64,000 nt of DNA from an uncultured Bacteroidaceae bacterium. Lineage in GTDB: Bacteria > Bacillota > Clostridia > Christensenellales > CAG-917. Made by a program: the position numbers and the translations under genes. The stretch spans positions 3,246 to 67,245 of the forward strand of contig CAZRHE010000006.1 in assembly GCA_964599875.1 (NCBI GenBank), written 5' to 3'. Shown in pieces: positions 37,734-47,354 of this stretch (within the stretch, counting starts at the first letter, position 1; the number at the start of each line of letters is the position of its first letter). The notes under the pieces are model-generated. The model was not told the origin of the DNA, searched no databases, and saw only the letters and a program-made list of their open reading frames with translations.

Positions 37734-38237
37734 ATGAACAAATCCTGGAGCAACACTGCGCTTGTTGCTTATTCTCGTATGCCAAAAATTGTTAAAAACA
37801 TTGACAATTCGGTTAAAACGCGGGTTAACTCCGCTTTTCAAGGGGTACATTTGAAAAACGGCGTAACAAACGAAAAATTAATTAACGAAATTATTAAATT
37901 AAACGACGAAAAACGCAAAGCGTGCAACCTCGTTTTTATCGTTGAAAGCGGACTAAACCGCCTCCCCGAGCACGAAAAGTTGGTTTTGACCGAAAGACTG
38001 TGGAGGGGAAAGACTTTCAAGACAATCGCCGAAGAAACGAATAAGCCGATAAGGACGCTGTTTAGATGGTTTTCATCGGGAGAAAAACGATTTTCCGCCG
38101 CGCTTGCGACTCTCGGTTACGGAGAGTGTTGGTTTGAAAAAGAGTATTCGGATTGTCCGTTGCTCGTCGGAATTAAGAAAAGACTTGACGAAGAAAAATA
38201 TCACGTAGAATTGTCGAAAGAAAACGATTGCGAATAA
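37734..38237 (+). CDS. hypothetical protein with sigma-70 region-4-like HTH
   Basis: 167 aa. LPEHEKLVLTERLWRGKTFKTIAEETNKPIRTLFRW resembles region 4.2 / ArpU-like HTH. Confidence 0.45.
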   Translation: MNKSWSNTALVAYSRMPKIVKNIDNSVKTRVNSAFQGVHLKNGVTNEKLINEIIKLNDEKRKACNLVFIVESGLNRLPEHEKLVLTERLWRGKTFKTIAEETNKPIRTLFRWFSSGEKRFSAALATLGYGECWFEKEYSDCPLLVGIKKRLDEEKYHVELSKENDCE

Positions 38238-38356
38238 TTAAAAATCAAAAACAAAGAACGGAATATGCAGTTAGAATAACGGTTTTTGCATACTACAAAA
38301 TCGTTTATACGCGAAAAATTCGACTTAAATTGCAAAATTCGACGATTATTCCTCAT

Positions 38357-38386
38357 GAAAAAAGGATGCAAAACGCATCCTTTTTC
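38357..38386. terminator. bidirectional intrinsic terminator
   Basis: GGATGC/GCATCC stem extended by A/T runs, loop AAAAC. Confidence 0.7.
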
Positions 38387-38405
38387 GCGATACAATTTTT
38401 AATTG

Positions 38406-39194
38406 TCAAAATCTCTTCATATAATTTACGTAATGCGCGAACACTATTCCCGCGTCTTCGAGTTCTTTATTCCAACGCTTGACCCATTCGAAAGTGCAAT
38501 AGCCGTCGTAGCCGTTATCTTTGAGTGCTGTCACCGCATCTTTCAAAGGAACGTTTCCGCAACCCATCATTTTGTATGCGACCGTCCCTTTTTCGATTAC
38601 ACTGTCTTTAAGGTGCACGTATTTGATTTTGCCGCCGAGATTTTTAACCGTCGTATCCACGCTTTCGTCATTATAGCGGAAAGGATGGTGCACGTCCCAC
38701 AACGCTCCACCGCCTTCCCCTGCCTCGTCGAGAAAACGAGCAAGCAGTGCGGTATCCACGAAAAGTCCGTTGGTTTCTATGAGCGGAGTGACGTTTTTAT
38801 CTTTTGCATAACTTAAAATTTCACGATAACGTTTCAAACAAAGGTCGTAGTCGCCGCCGCTCGGATAAGGTTTATCCGTCGACATAACGCGGATAAAAGG
38901 CACGCCGAGTTTATTTGCAAGGTCGATATACGCCTTCCCTTCTTCGACTGCATCCTCGTCGTTGTGGTCGGCAAGTGACGCACCCGACGTCAGCATAGGA
39001 ATTTCGATACCCGTTTCGTCGAGAAGTTTAGCGGTTTTGTCGAGGTCTTCGTTAAATTCGCGCATTTTAGTTGCGTTGATTTCCCCTCTGATGCCGCGGA
39101 TTTCTATGCCTTGATAGCCTAAATCCTTTGCAGTCGTAATGATTTCGCCGATTTTCCAATCGGGGCAACCGATAGTCGAAAAGCACAGTTTCAT
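38406..39194 (-). CDS. sugar phosphate isomerase/epimerase (xylose-isomerase-like TIM barrel)
   Basis: 262 aa. MKLCFSTIGCPDW... and ...GYDGYCTFEW... are typical AP_endonuc_2 patterns. Confidence 0.75.
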   Translation of the reverse strand: MKLCFSTIGCPDWKIGEIITTAKDLGYQGIEIRGIRGEINATKMREFNEDLDKTAKLLDETGIEIPMLTSGASLADHNDEDAVEEGKAYIDLANKLGVPFIRVMSTDKPYPSGGDYDLCLKRYREILSYAKDKNVTPLIETNGLFVDTALLARFLDEAGEGGGALWDVHHPFRYNDESVDTTVKNLGGKIKYVHLKDSVIEKGTVAYKMMGCGNVPLKDAVTALKDNGYDGYCTFEWVKRWNKELEDAGIVFAHYVNYMKRF

Positions 39195-39204
39195 ATATTC
39201 CCCC

Positions 39205-40866
39205 TTATGCGGTTTCGACGGAAGCGTCTTCTTGTAATTTAAGAATATCTATCGCTTCCTCGCGCAATTTATATTTTTGGATTTTGCCTGCGGCGTTCAT
39301 GGGGAATTCCGTCATGAAACGCACGTATTTAGGCACTTTATGACGCGCCATATTCGCTTTGACAAGTTCTTTGACCTCGTCTTCGGTCATAGTTTCGCCC
39401 GGCTTCAAGATGATACACGCCATGATTTCTTCGCCGTATTGTTTGCTGGGCACGCCGACTACTTGCACGTCGCGTATTTTGTCGCAAGTGTACAAAAATT
39501 CCTCGAGTTCCTTGGGATAAATATTTTCACCGCCGCGGATAATCATATCTTTGATTCTTCCGACGACTTTGTAATATCCCTCTTCGTCGACGGTGCAAAG
39601 GTCGCCCGTATGGAGCCATCCGTCAGAGTCGATTGCTTGTTTGGTGGCTTCGGGCATTTTGTAGTAACCTTTCATTATATTATATCCGCGCGCGACGAAT
39701 TCACCCGGTTGTCCGACGGGCATTTCGGCACCCGTTTCGGGATCTACGATTTTGCACTCGACGCCGGGGAACGCTCTACCTACCGTGGAAACGCGTTTTT
39801 CTATGCTGTCCGTCGTCGTGGTCATAGTGCACCCGGGAGACGCCTCTGTCTGTCCGAAAACTATGACGATGTCTTTCATGTTCATCTTATCGACGACCTT
39901 CTTCATGACCTCTATAGGACACGGAGAGCCCGCCATAATGCCCGTGCGCAAGGACGAAAAATCGAATTGATCGAAAGTCGCGTGTTCGAGCATTGCGATA
40001 AACATGGTAGGCACGCCGTGCACCGCCGTGCATTTCTCCGTCGAAATCGCTTTCATGACCGTCACGGGAGAATACGCCTCGACGGGAACGAGAGTGGTTG
40101 CGTGCGTTATGCACGCCATAGTCGCGAGCACAAGCCCGAAACAATGGAACAAAGGCACGCAAATGCAGAGTTTGTCATTTGGTGTGAACGCCATTCCGTC
40201 CCCTATGGTTTTCCCGTTGTTGATTATGTTTTTATGCGTAAGCATAACGCCTTTTGGGAAACCCGTCGTGCCCGACGTGTATTGCATATTGATGACGTCG
40301 TCGGGTTCGAGAGTTGCGGTTCTTGCCGCAAATTCCTCGTCCGAAACGCTTTCGGACAAGCGGAACAACTCCTTGAAATTCATCATTCCTTGCGGAGTGC
40401 CTTCCCCCGCAAACACTATTCTTTCGAGGAACGGCAAGTGTTTTTCGTTCACTTTTCCGCCTTCCGAATTTTTGAGCGCTGGGATGAGATTATCCACTAT
40501 ATCCACGTAATTGGCGTCTTTGAATCCGCCCATCATCACGAGCACTTTCGTGTCGGACTGCGTGAGCAGATATTCAAGTTCGAAAACTTTGTAATTGGTG
40601 TTGACGGTGACCAAAATAGCACCGCACTTCGCCGCACCGAAAAGGGTCAACAACCATTCGGGGATATTGGTTGCCCAAATCGCGACCTTATCCCCTTTCT
40701 TGACACCGAGTGCCATCAGCCCTTTTGCGACCTTATCGGTTTCTTCGTCAAATTCACGCCACGTGCGCGCGTAGTCGCGCGTGGTGTATTTTATTGCTTG
40801 GGCGTCGGGATAATCTTTAGCGAGTCCCTTAATAATTTCGCCCAACGTTTTGTTAATCATTTCCAT
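39205..40866 (-). CDS. AMP-binding acyl-CoA synthetase/ligase
   Basis: 553 aa. YTSGTTGFPKGV AMP-binding motif and ...GWLHTGD.... Confidence 0.9.
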   Translation of the reverse strand: MEMINKTLGEIIKGLAKDYPDAQAIKYTTRDYARTWREFDEETDKVAKGLMALGVKKGDKVAIWATNIPEWLLTLFGAAKCGAILVTVNTNYKVFELEYLLTQSDTKVLVMMGGFKDANYVDIVDNLIPALKNSEGGKVNEKHLPFLERIVFAGEGTPQGMMNFKELFRLSESVSDEEFAARTATLEPDDVINMQYTSGTTGFPKGVMLTHKNIINNGKTIGDGMAFTPNDKLCICVPLFHCFGLVLATMACITHATTLVPVEAYSPVTVMKAISTEKCTAVHGVPTMFIAMLEHATFDQFDFSSLRTGIMAGSPCPIEVMKKVVDKMNMKDIVIVFGQTEASPGCTMTTTTDSIEKRVSTVGRAFPGVECKIVDPETGAEMPVGQPGEFVARGYNIMKGYYKMPEATKQAIDSDGWLHTGDLCTVDEEGYYKVVGRIKDMIIRGGENIYPKELEEFLYTCDKIRDVQVVGVPSKQYGEEIMACIILKPGETMTEDEVKELVKANMARHKVPKYVRFMTEFPMNAAGKIQKYKLREEAIDILKLQEDASVETA

Positions 40867-40869
40867 ATT

Positions 40870-41583
40870 CTAACTGTTTCTAATCGTAATACTCAAGTAT
40901 TTGTCCATATCAAAAGCGGTCCACGCACCCTCTTCGGGAGGATAGACTCTAAACATCATTTGTTTGCCACCGACGGGATGCGTGAATCTTAATTCCGCAG
41001 CCCACAGGCATAGAGGGAGTTTGAGTCTTTCACCGTTGCCGTATCTTACGTCGCCTAAAATAGGATTGCCGATAGAAGCCATTTGTACTCTGATTTGATG
41101 ACCTCTTCCCGTCACGAGATTGACGGATACGAGGCTTAAATTGTTTTTTGATTCGAGGACTTTGTAGTCGAGTTCTGCATACTTCGCACCTTCGGTCAGT
41201 TGCGGAACTACCTTGACGGTGTTGGTATCTTGGAACTTTTTGAGATAGCACGTGAGTTTTTCACTTCTTTCCCTCGGAGTGCCCTCGACTATTGCGAGAT
41301 ATCTCTTCTCTACGTCGCCGTTTCTTATCGCTTCGCTGAGCCTTGCCGCCGCTTTAGAGGTTTTTGCAAACACCATAACTCCGCCCGTAGGTCTATCCAG
41401 TCTATGCACGAGTCCGAGATAAGCGTCGCCGGGTTTGTTGTACGTTTCCACGAGATATTGCTTCAAAAGCGTAAGCATATCGGGGTCCCCGCTTTCATCC
41501 GCTTGCACGGGTACGTTAGCCGGTTTGACGACGACTAAAAGATGATTGTCTTCAAAAAGTATTTCGATGTCTTTGTAAGTCAT
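40870..41583 (-). CDS. RluA-family pseudouridine synthase
   Basis: I trimmed the start to ATG 41583. HRLDRPTGGVMVFAK catalytic motif. Confidence 0.9.
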   Translation of the reverse strand: MTYKDIEILFEDNHLLVVVKPANVPVQADESGDPDMLTLLKQYLVETYNKPGDAYLGLVHRLDRPTGGVMVFAKTSKAAARLSEAIRNGDVEKRYLAIVEGTPRERSEKLTCYLKKFQDTNTVKVVPQLTEGAKYAELDYKVLESKNNLSLVSVNLVTGRGHQIRVQMASIGNPILGDVRYGNGERLKLPLCLWAAELRFTHPVGGKQMMFRVYPPEEGAWTAFDMDKYLSITIRNS

Positions 41584-41593
41584 TTTGTCCTCT

Positions 41594-42454
41594 CTATCGT
41601 TTGAAGGTGGCAAATGCCGTGCAACCTTGAGGAAGGACGAGCCCTTCCGAAGTCGCTATGCCGATTTCGTCGGCGGTTATATCCGCGTCTGCGGGAAGTG
41701 TGAGTTTCAATATATTCGCCATAACGGTGGGCTGGAGCCCCGTCGTGTAACTGTTCAAACAAACGAACAACGGATTATCGGAAAGAAGATCTGCGACGAG
41801 TTCGCAAAGTTCGCTTATACCCTCTTCGATTTTCCATTTTTCGCCGTTCGGTCCTCTGCCGAAACTGGGCGGGTCGAGAATGATTGCGTCGTAAGTGCGG
41901 CCGCGTTTTTTCTCTCTACTGCAAAACTTGAAACAGTCGTCTATGATATATCTCATGCCGCTGTTGTCCATTCCGCTGAGCCTGACGTTTTCGCCCGCAC
42001 GCTCGACCATTGCTTTCGCGCCATCCACGTGACAGACCTTTGCACCCGCTTTAAGACAAGCGACGGACGCCGCTCCCGTATATCCGAAAAGGTTGAGCAC
42101 GGAAATTTCTCTCCCAGCATTAGCGATAAGATTCATCATCCTATCCCAATTCACCGCTTGCTCGGGGAAAAGCCCCGTGTGTTTGAATCCCATAAGTTTC
42201 AACTTGAACTTCAAATCCCTCCAACCGAGAGTAAATTCGTCGTTGAAATTCGTCTTATAATGCCACGCACCGCCACCCGTTGCACTTCTTTCGTATATAG
42301 CGTCTATATTCGGATATGAGCGCAAAGGCTTTTTTGCGTGCCATATAACTTGCGGGTCGGGACGGAGCAAAGTCAAATTCCCCCAGCGTTCGAGTTTTTC
42401 TCCGTCGCCGGTTGCTATGACTTCGTATTCTTTCCAATCGGGTGCGAGCAACAT
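41594..42454 (-). CDS. class I SAM-dependent (RNA) methyltransferase
   Basis: 286 aa. VLNLFGYTGAAS motif I. RlmI/YwbD-like layout. Confidence 0.75.
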   Translation of the reverse strand: MLLAPDWKEYEVIATGDGEKLERWGNLTLLRPDPQVIWHAKKPLRSYPNIDAIYERSATGGGAWHYKTNFNDEFTLGWRDLKFKLKLMGFKHTGLFPEQAVNWDRMMNLIANAGREISVLNLFGYTGAASVACLKAGAKVCHVDGAKAMVERAGENVRLSGMDNSGMRYIIDDCFKFCSREKKRGRTYDAIILDPPSFGRGPNGEKWKIEEGISELCELVADLLSDNPLFVCLNSYTTGLQPTVMANILKLTLPADADITADEIGIATSEGLVLPQGCTAFATFKR

Positions 42455-42458
42455 AGTT

Positions 42459-45400
42459 TTATATGCGTTTTACCGAAACGGTAACCTTGTCGCCGTTGAT
42501 ATCCCAGTCCTTGACGTAACCGTCGATATCGCCGGAGATAGCGTCGCAGAGAACGTCGGTGAGAAAGTCTGCTTTTTCAAAGACGGCGAGCGCGACGCCT
42601 TCCGCTTTGTATCCGACGACGATATGGTCGGTGACTTCGAATCCCGCCTCTTTACGCATGGTTTGAATCTTGGATACGATTTCTCTTTCCGCGCCCTCGA
42701 AAATGAGTTCGTCGTTGAGTTCGGTGTCGAGAACAACGGTGGTATTGCCGTCGCTTTCCGCGGAGAAACCTTCTTTATTTTGGACGGAGATGAGAACGTC
42801 TTCTTCGGTGAGTTCAATCATATTTCCGTCGATTTCGCGTCTGAAACGACCGCCGTTTTTGACCGCCGCGACGATTTCTCTTTCCGCCGTATTCAGCACT
42901 TCGCGAATCTTGCCGAGCAAGGAGCCGTATTTAGGGCCGAGGGTGCGAAGTTGAGGTTTGACGACGTAACTTACGTAATCCGCGCTACCGTCCGAAATCT
43001 CGACGTTCTTGACGTTGAGTTCGTCTTCGACGAGGGCTTTGAGTTCACTACTAAGTTCGGTCTTGCCGTTGTAGATAAGGCGTTTCAGCGGTTGACGATT
43101 CTTGAGATTTGCTTTATTTCTCGCCGCTCTGCCGAGTACGACGACTTTGAGCACGTCGTCCATACCCTTTTCGAGTTTCTCGTCGATATAACTTTCGTCC
43201 GCAACGGGGAAGTCGCAAAGATGTACGCTGATAGGCGCGTTTTCATCGAAGTTTCTGACGAGATTTTGATAGATGTTTTCAGCCATAAACGGCACGAAAG
43301 GCGCGATGACTTTGGAGAGCGTGGACAACACCGTGTAAAGCGTGGTGTACGCCGCCTCTTTACTCGGCGTCATAAGGCTGCCCCAGAAACGCTCGCGGCA
43401 TCTACGGACGTACCAGTTGGAAAGGTTGTCGGTGAATTCCGCGATTTTTCTCGAAGTTTCGGTAATCTTATACTGGTCGAGTCCCTCGTCCACGAATTTG
43501 ATAAGGCTGTTGAGTTCGGACAAAATCCACTTATCCATAACCATAAGTTTTTGGTCTTCGAGTTTATGCTCGACGGGATTGAATTTGTCGATTTCGGCAT
43601 ACAGCACGTAGAATGCGTACGTATTCCAAAGCGTACCCATAAACTTACGTTGAGATTCGCTAACGTTGTCACCCGAAAAACGGGAAGGAAGCCAAGGCGC
43701 GCTTGCGGTATAGAAATACCATCTCGTCGCGTCCGCACCTTGTTTGTCGAGAACGCTCCAAGGGTCTACGACGTTGCCTTTATGCTTGCTCATCTTGACG
43801 CCGTCTTTGTCGTTGACGAGTCCGAGGACGATACAATTTTTGAAAGGCGCCTTGTTGAAAAGCAAGGTGGATATTGCAAGCAAAGTATAGAACCAGCCTC
43901 TCGTTTGGTCGACTGCCTCGGAGATGAAGTCGGCGGGATACTCTTCTTTGAAGAGGTCTTGATTTTCAAAGGGATAATGCCATTGCGCAAAGGGCATAGA
44001 ACCGGAATCGAACCAGCAGTCGAGGACTTCGGGAGTGCGCTCGAACGTGCCGCCGCATTCACATTCCCACTTGACGTCGTCGATATAAGGACGGTGAAGT
44101 TCGATATCCTCTTTAAGTCCGCCGCAATTTCTGAGTTCTTCTCTACTGCCGACGACGTGGAGTTTACCGCACTTATTGCACACCCAGATAGGAAGCGGAG
44201 TGCCCCAATATCTTTCACGGGAAATACCCCAGTCCACTACGTTTTCAAGGAAGTTGCCCATTCTGCCTTCGCCGATTGTGGGAGGCATCCAGTTGATGGA
44301 TCGATTGTTTGCAAGGAGTTGGTCTTTGACAGCGGTCATTTGAATGAACCAACTCGAACGCGCGTAGTAAAGGAGCGGAGTGTCGCAACGCCAGCAGAAA
44401 GGATAACTGTGTTCGAAGAGTTCCTCTTTGAAAAGGTTTCCTTCTTCTTTAAGTTGACCGATGATGAGTTTGTCCGCGTCTTTGACGAACATACCCGCAT
44501 AATCGGTGACTGCGTCTATGAATCTACCTCTTTCGTTGACCATTTGCACGAAAGGCAAGTCGTAACGTTTGCCGACCTTGCTGTCGTCTTCGCCGAATGC
44601 GGGTGCGATATGGACGACGCCGGTGCCGTCGGTGAGAGTGACGTAATCGTCGTTGGTGACGTAGTACGCTTTCTTCTTCGCGCCGGTTTCGTAGTCGAAA
44701 AGCGGTTCGTATTCTTGATATTCGTAATCCGAGCCTTTCTTCGTGGAAATCTTCTCGTAAGTGCCTTCTTCGAAAAGTCTACCGACAAGCGCGTCCGCCA
44801 TAATGAAATTTTCGTTCCCGACTTTTATTTCAACGTAATCTTCGTTTGCATTCATACAAAGCGCGACGTTAGACGGCAAAGTCCAAGGAGTGGTCGTCCA
44901 AGCGAGGAAGTAGCGGTTGCTCTCCCCTTTCAAACGGAATTTGACGAACACGGAAGTTTCCTTGACGTCCTTGTAGCCTTGCGCGACTTCGTGAGAAGAA
45001 AGCGCCGTTCCGCAACGAGGGCAATAAGGAACGATTTTGTAGCCTTTATAGATAAGCCCTTTGTCGTAAATTGTTTTGAGCGCCCACCAAACGGACTCGA
45101 TATAATTGTCGTGATAGGTGACGTAGGGGTGTTTCATATCCGCCCAATAACCGATGCGGTCGGACATCTTTTCCCATTCGCTCGTATACTTCCAAACGGA
45201 CTGTTTGCATTGTTTGATGAAAGGTTCGATACCGTATTTTTCGATATCTTGCTTTCCGTCCATTCCGAGGAGTTTTTCCACTTCGAGTTCGACGGGAAGA
45301 CCGTGAGTATCCCAACCCGCTTTTCTGCGGACGTGATAACCTTTCATCGTCTTATAACGAGGAATGATATCCTTCATAACGCGGGTAAGAATATGCCCGA

Positions 45401-45566
45401 TATGAGGTTTGCCGTTTGCGGTCGGAGGTCCGTCGTAAAAATTGAAACATTCGTGACCTTCGTTTTTGTCAACGCTCTTTTCAAAAATCTCGTTTTCTTT
45501 CCAGAAAGCGAGGATTTCTTTTTCACGTTCTACGAAATTTAGATTTGTGTCGACAGGTTTATACAT
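42459..45566 (-). CDS. ileS: isoleucine--tRNA ligase (type 2)
   Basis: HIGH (GKPHIGH) and KMSKS (KMSKHKGN) motifs. I trimmed the start to ATG 45566, preceded by AGAGGA. Confidence 0.97.
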   Translation of the reverse strand: MYKPVDTNLNFVEREKEILAFWKENEIFEKSVDKNEGHECFNFYDGPPTANGKPHIGHILTRVMKDIIPRYKTMKGYHVRRKAGWDTHGLPVELEVEKLLGMDGKQDIEKYGIEPFIKQCKQSVWKYTSEWEKMSDRIGYWADMKHPYVTYHDNYIESVWWALKTIYDKGLIYKGYKIVPYCPRCGTALSSHEVAQGYKDVKETSVFVKFRLKGESNRYFLAWTTTPWTLPSNVALCMNANEDYVEIKVGNENFIMADALVGRLFEEGTYEKISTKKGSDYEYQEYEPLFDYETGAKKKAYYVTNDDYVTLTDGTGVVHIAPAFGEDDSKVGKRYDLPFVQMVNERGRFIDAVTDYAGMFVKDADKLIIGQLKEEGNLFKEELFEHSYPFCWRCDTPLLYYARSSWFIQMTAVKDQLLANNRSINWMPPTIGEGRMGNFLENVVDWGISRERYWGTPLPIWVCNKCGKLHVVGSREELRNCGGLKEDIELHRPYIDDVKWECECGGTFERTPEVLDCWFDSGSMPFAQWHYPFENQDLFKEEYPADFISEAVDQTRGWFYTLLAISTLLFNKAPFKNCIVLGLVNDKDGVKMSKHKGNVVDPWSVLDKQGADATRWYFYTASAPWLPSRFSGDNVSESQRKFMGTLWNTYAFYVLYAEIDKFNPVEHKLEDQKLMVMDKWILSELNSLIKFVDEGLDQYKITETSRKIAEFTDNLSNWYVRRCRERFWGSLMTPSKEAAYTTLYTVLSTLSKVIAPFVPFMAENIYQNLVRNFDENAPISVHLCDFPVADESYIDEKLEKGMDDVLKVVVLGRAARNKANLKNRQPLKRLIYNGKTELSSELKALVEDELNVKNVEISDGSADYVSYVVKPQLRTLGPKYGSLLGKIREVLNTAEREIVAAVKNGGRFRREIDGNMIELTEEDVLISVQNKEGFSAESDGNTTVVLDTELNDELIFEGAEREIVSKIQTMRKEAGFEVTDHIVVGYKAEGVALAVFEKADFLTDVLCDAISGDIDGYVKDWDINGDKVTVSVKRI

Positions 45567-45708
45567 AATATCCTCTTTCACGTGCGTGTATTACGCGTAA
45601 ATATTCTTAAAAAGTATAATTGATTATCAAGAAAAAATCAACTAAAATATGTACGCCTTGTGTAACTTGTCGAAAATTCCCTTTCTTTATCATCGTTTGC
45701 GAATTAGA

Positions 45709-45737
45709 TTGACAATTTCACGGCGATTTTATAAAAT
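45709..45737 (+). promoter_or_regulatory. sigma-A type promoter (TTGACA-17-TAAAAT) for tRNA-Gly
   Basis: TTGACA at 45709-45714, TAAAAT at 45732-45737. The tRNA starts 11 nt later. Confidence 0.65.
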
Positions 45738-45747
45738 ACTATTGCTT

Positions 45748-45821
45748 GCGAATGTAGTTTAGTGGTAAAACAGCAGCTTCCCAAGCTGCGGTTGTGGGTT
45801 CGATTCCCATCATTCGCTCCA
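45748..45821 (+). tRNA. tRNA-Gly (anticodon CCC)
   Basis: Hand fold. Acceptor GCGAATG/CATTCGC. Anticodon stem GCAGC/GCTGC with loop TTCCCAA. T-loop TTCGATT. Encoded CCA. Confidence 0.9.
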
Positions 45822-45823
45822 AA

Positions 45824-45854
45824 ACGTCGGACTTATGCCCGACGTATTCTTTAT
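45824..45854 (+). terminator. intrinsic terminator after tRNA-Gly
   Basis: Stem ACGTCGG/CCGACGT, 8-nt loop, T-rich tail. Confidence 0.6.
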
Positions 45855-45866
45855 CGAGGGATATAT

Positions 45867-46361
45867 ATGGCAAACGCAAAAGAAAACAAGAAAAGCGGAT
45901 TATCTTTATCAGTCGCACTCGGCATAGTCCAAACCGCGTTTTTGATTTTGTCAACCGCATACGGTTTCACGAAGTCCGTCGAAGACAAAACTTTCCTGCC
46001 CGTAATTTCGGTTATGATAGCGGTCTATTTCGTTTTATTCGTCGTTATGATAGTCGTTTCCGTTAAAGACGGCAAACAGGCGGTCAAGGAAACGACGGGT
46101 GAATTCAAGCAACGCAACAAGGATTTCAAATTGACGATAAAAGTCATCGACGTGATTTCCTCTCTTATCGCTTGCGCGGCGTCCTTTCTAATCGTGTACG
46201 CAACCTACACTTCCTCCGATAGAGCCACGCTATTTCAAGTGTTAGCGCTGCTATCCGCGGGCATATCCCTTCTTAACGCGATATGGGCGGGAATCAAAAC
46301 CGCAAGAAAGGTCAGGAAGAGAGTGGACAAGTCGAAAAAGACGAACGAAAAACAAAAATAA
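45867..46361 (+). CDS. hypothetical membrane protein (about 4 TM)
   Basis: I trimmed the start to ATG 45867, preceded by GAGGG; the listed ORF start overlaps the tRNA. The tail is Lys-rich. Confidence 0.65.
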   Translation: MANAKENKKSGLSLSVALGIVQTAFLILSTAYGFTKSVEDKTFLPVISVMIAVYFVLFVVMIVVSVKDGKQAVKETTGEFKQRNKDFKLTIKVIDVISSLIACAASFLIVYATYTSSDRATLFQVLALLSAGISLLNAIWAGIKTARKVRKRVDKSKKTNEKQK

Positions 46362-46365
46362 GATT

Positions 46366-46391
46366 AAGACGTCGCAAGGCGTCTTTTTTTT
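46366..46391 (+). terminator. intrinsic terminator
   Basis: AAGACG/CGTCTT stem followed by T8. Confidence 0.7.
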
Positions 46392-46436
46392 CTTCACTTT
46401 TTAGCGGAAAGTGTTATAATCGTATCGAGGTAGCGT

Positions 46437-47354
46437 ATGAGCGTAATAGAATTCAAACACGTATCCAAAACTTACGGCAAAAGGAAAGTCCTCGACGATT
46501 TGTCTTTCACCGTCGAAGAAGGCGAAGTCTACGGACTTATCGGCAAAAACGGCGCGGGTAAAACGACTGCGATAAGAATCCTTTTAGGTCTTGCCTCCGC
46601 AGACGCAGGCGAGATTTTCATCAACGGAAAATCGGGCAAGGATTTGACGGACGAACGAAAGTCTATCGGAGCGATAATCGACTCCCCTTCTTTTAGTCCT
46701 TATCTCTCCGCGTTCGAGAACATGAAAGCGACAGCGCTTTCCCTCGGAATTTCGAACGACGCCAAACTGAAAAACGAACTCGAATTCGTCGGGCTCAACC
46801 CCGACGACAAACTCAAAACAAGGGCGTTTTCACTCGGGATGAAACAGCGTCTTGCAATCGCAATGGCACTACTTGCAGACCCGAAAATTCTCGTTCTCGA
46901 CGAACCCGTAAACGGACTCGACCCCACGGGCATTTACGAAGTGCGCGAGATAATCTCGAAACTTAATCGCGAGCGCGGAGTGACCGTGCTTATATCATCG
47001 CATCTTCTGTCGGAGTTATCGAAAACCGCCACCGCATACGGCGTGATTAAAGACGGCAAAACCATAAAAGAATTGCGCGGAAGCGAACTTCAAAGCATAG
47101 CCCGTCCGTTCATCAAAATCGTCGTCGGCGAACTGAAAAAGGCGATTAACGTGCTGATTGATAACTATAAACCCTATGAATTTGAAATTTTGCCTTATAA
47201 CACGCTTGCGATTTACAACCTTGAAAAAGGGGTTGGCGGCGTTGCTACGCTCTTTCAAGAAAACGGCGTCCCGGTCCTTAGCATATCCCAACAAGACGGT
47301 GATTTGGAGTCCGCGTTTATATCCATGATGGGAGGTGCTTACGATGAAAAATAA
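46437..47354 (+). CDS. ABC transporter ATP-binding protein (ABC-2 exporter type)
   Basis: GKNGAGKTT Walker A, LSLGMKQRL signature, LVLDEP Walker B. Confidence 0.92.
   Translation: MSVIEFKHVSKTYGKRKVLDDLSFTVEEGEVYGLIGKNGAGKTTAIRILLGLASADAGEIFINGKSGKDLTDERKSIGAIIDSPSFSPYLSAFENMKATALSLGISNDAKLKNELEFVGLNPDDKLKTRAFSLGMKQRLAIAMALLADPKILVLDEPVNGLDPTGIYEVREIISKLNRERGVTVLISSHLLSELSKTATAYGVIKDGKTIKELRGSELQSIARPFIKIVVGELKKAINVLIDNYKPYEFEILPYNTLAIYNLEKGVGGVATLFQENGVPVLSISQQDGDLESAFISMMGGAYDEK

Noticed and set aside
42417-45542. A 1041-aa ORF on the plus strand, the longest ORF in the window.
   Set aside because: It is the exact mirror of ileS, which has HIGH and KMSKS motifs and an SD. Its translation is low-complexity (R/F/V/D-rich) with no recognisable motif and no SD. 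I interpret it as a codon-bias shadow ORF.
45567-45747. A T-box riboswitch upstream of ileS.
   Set aside because: There is no conserved T-box sequence, specifier-loop architecture or terminator. The region is too short and is partly occupied by the divergent tRNA-Gly promoter.
45762-45866. The N-terminal 35 codons of the listed ORF 45762-46361.
   Set aside because: They overlap tRNA-Gly and its terminator. An internal ATG at 45867 with a GAGGG SD gives a sensible membrane protein.
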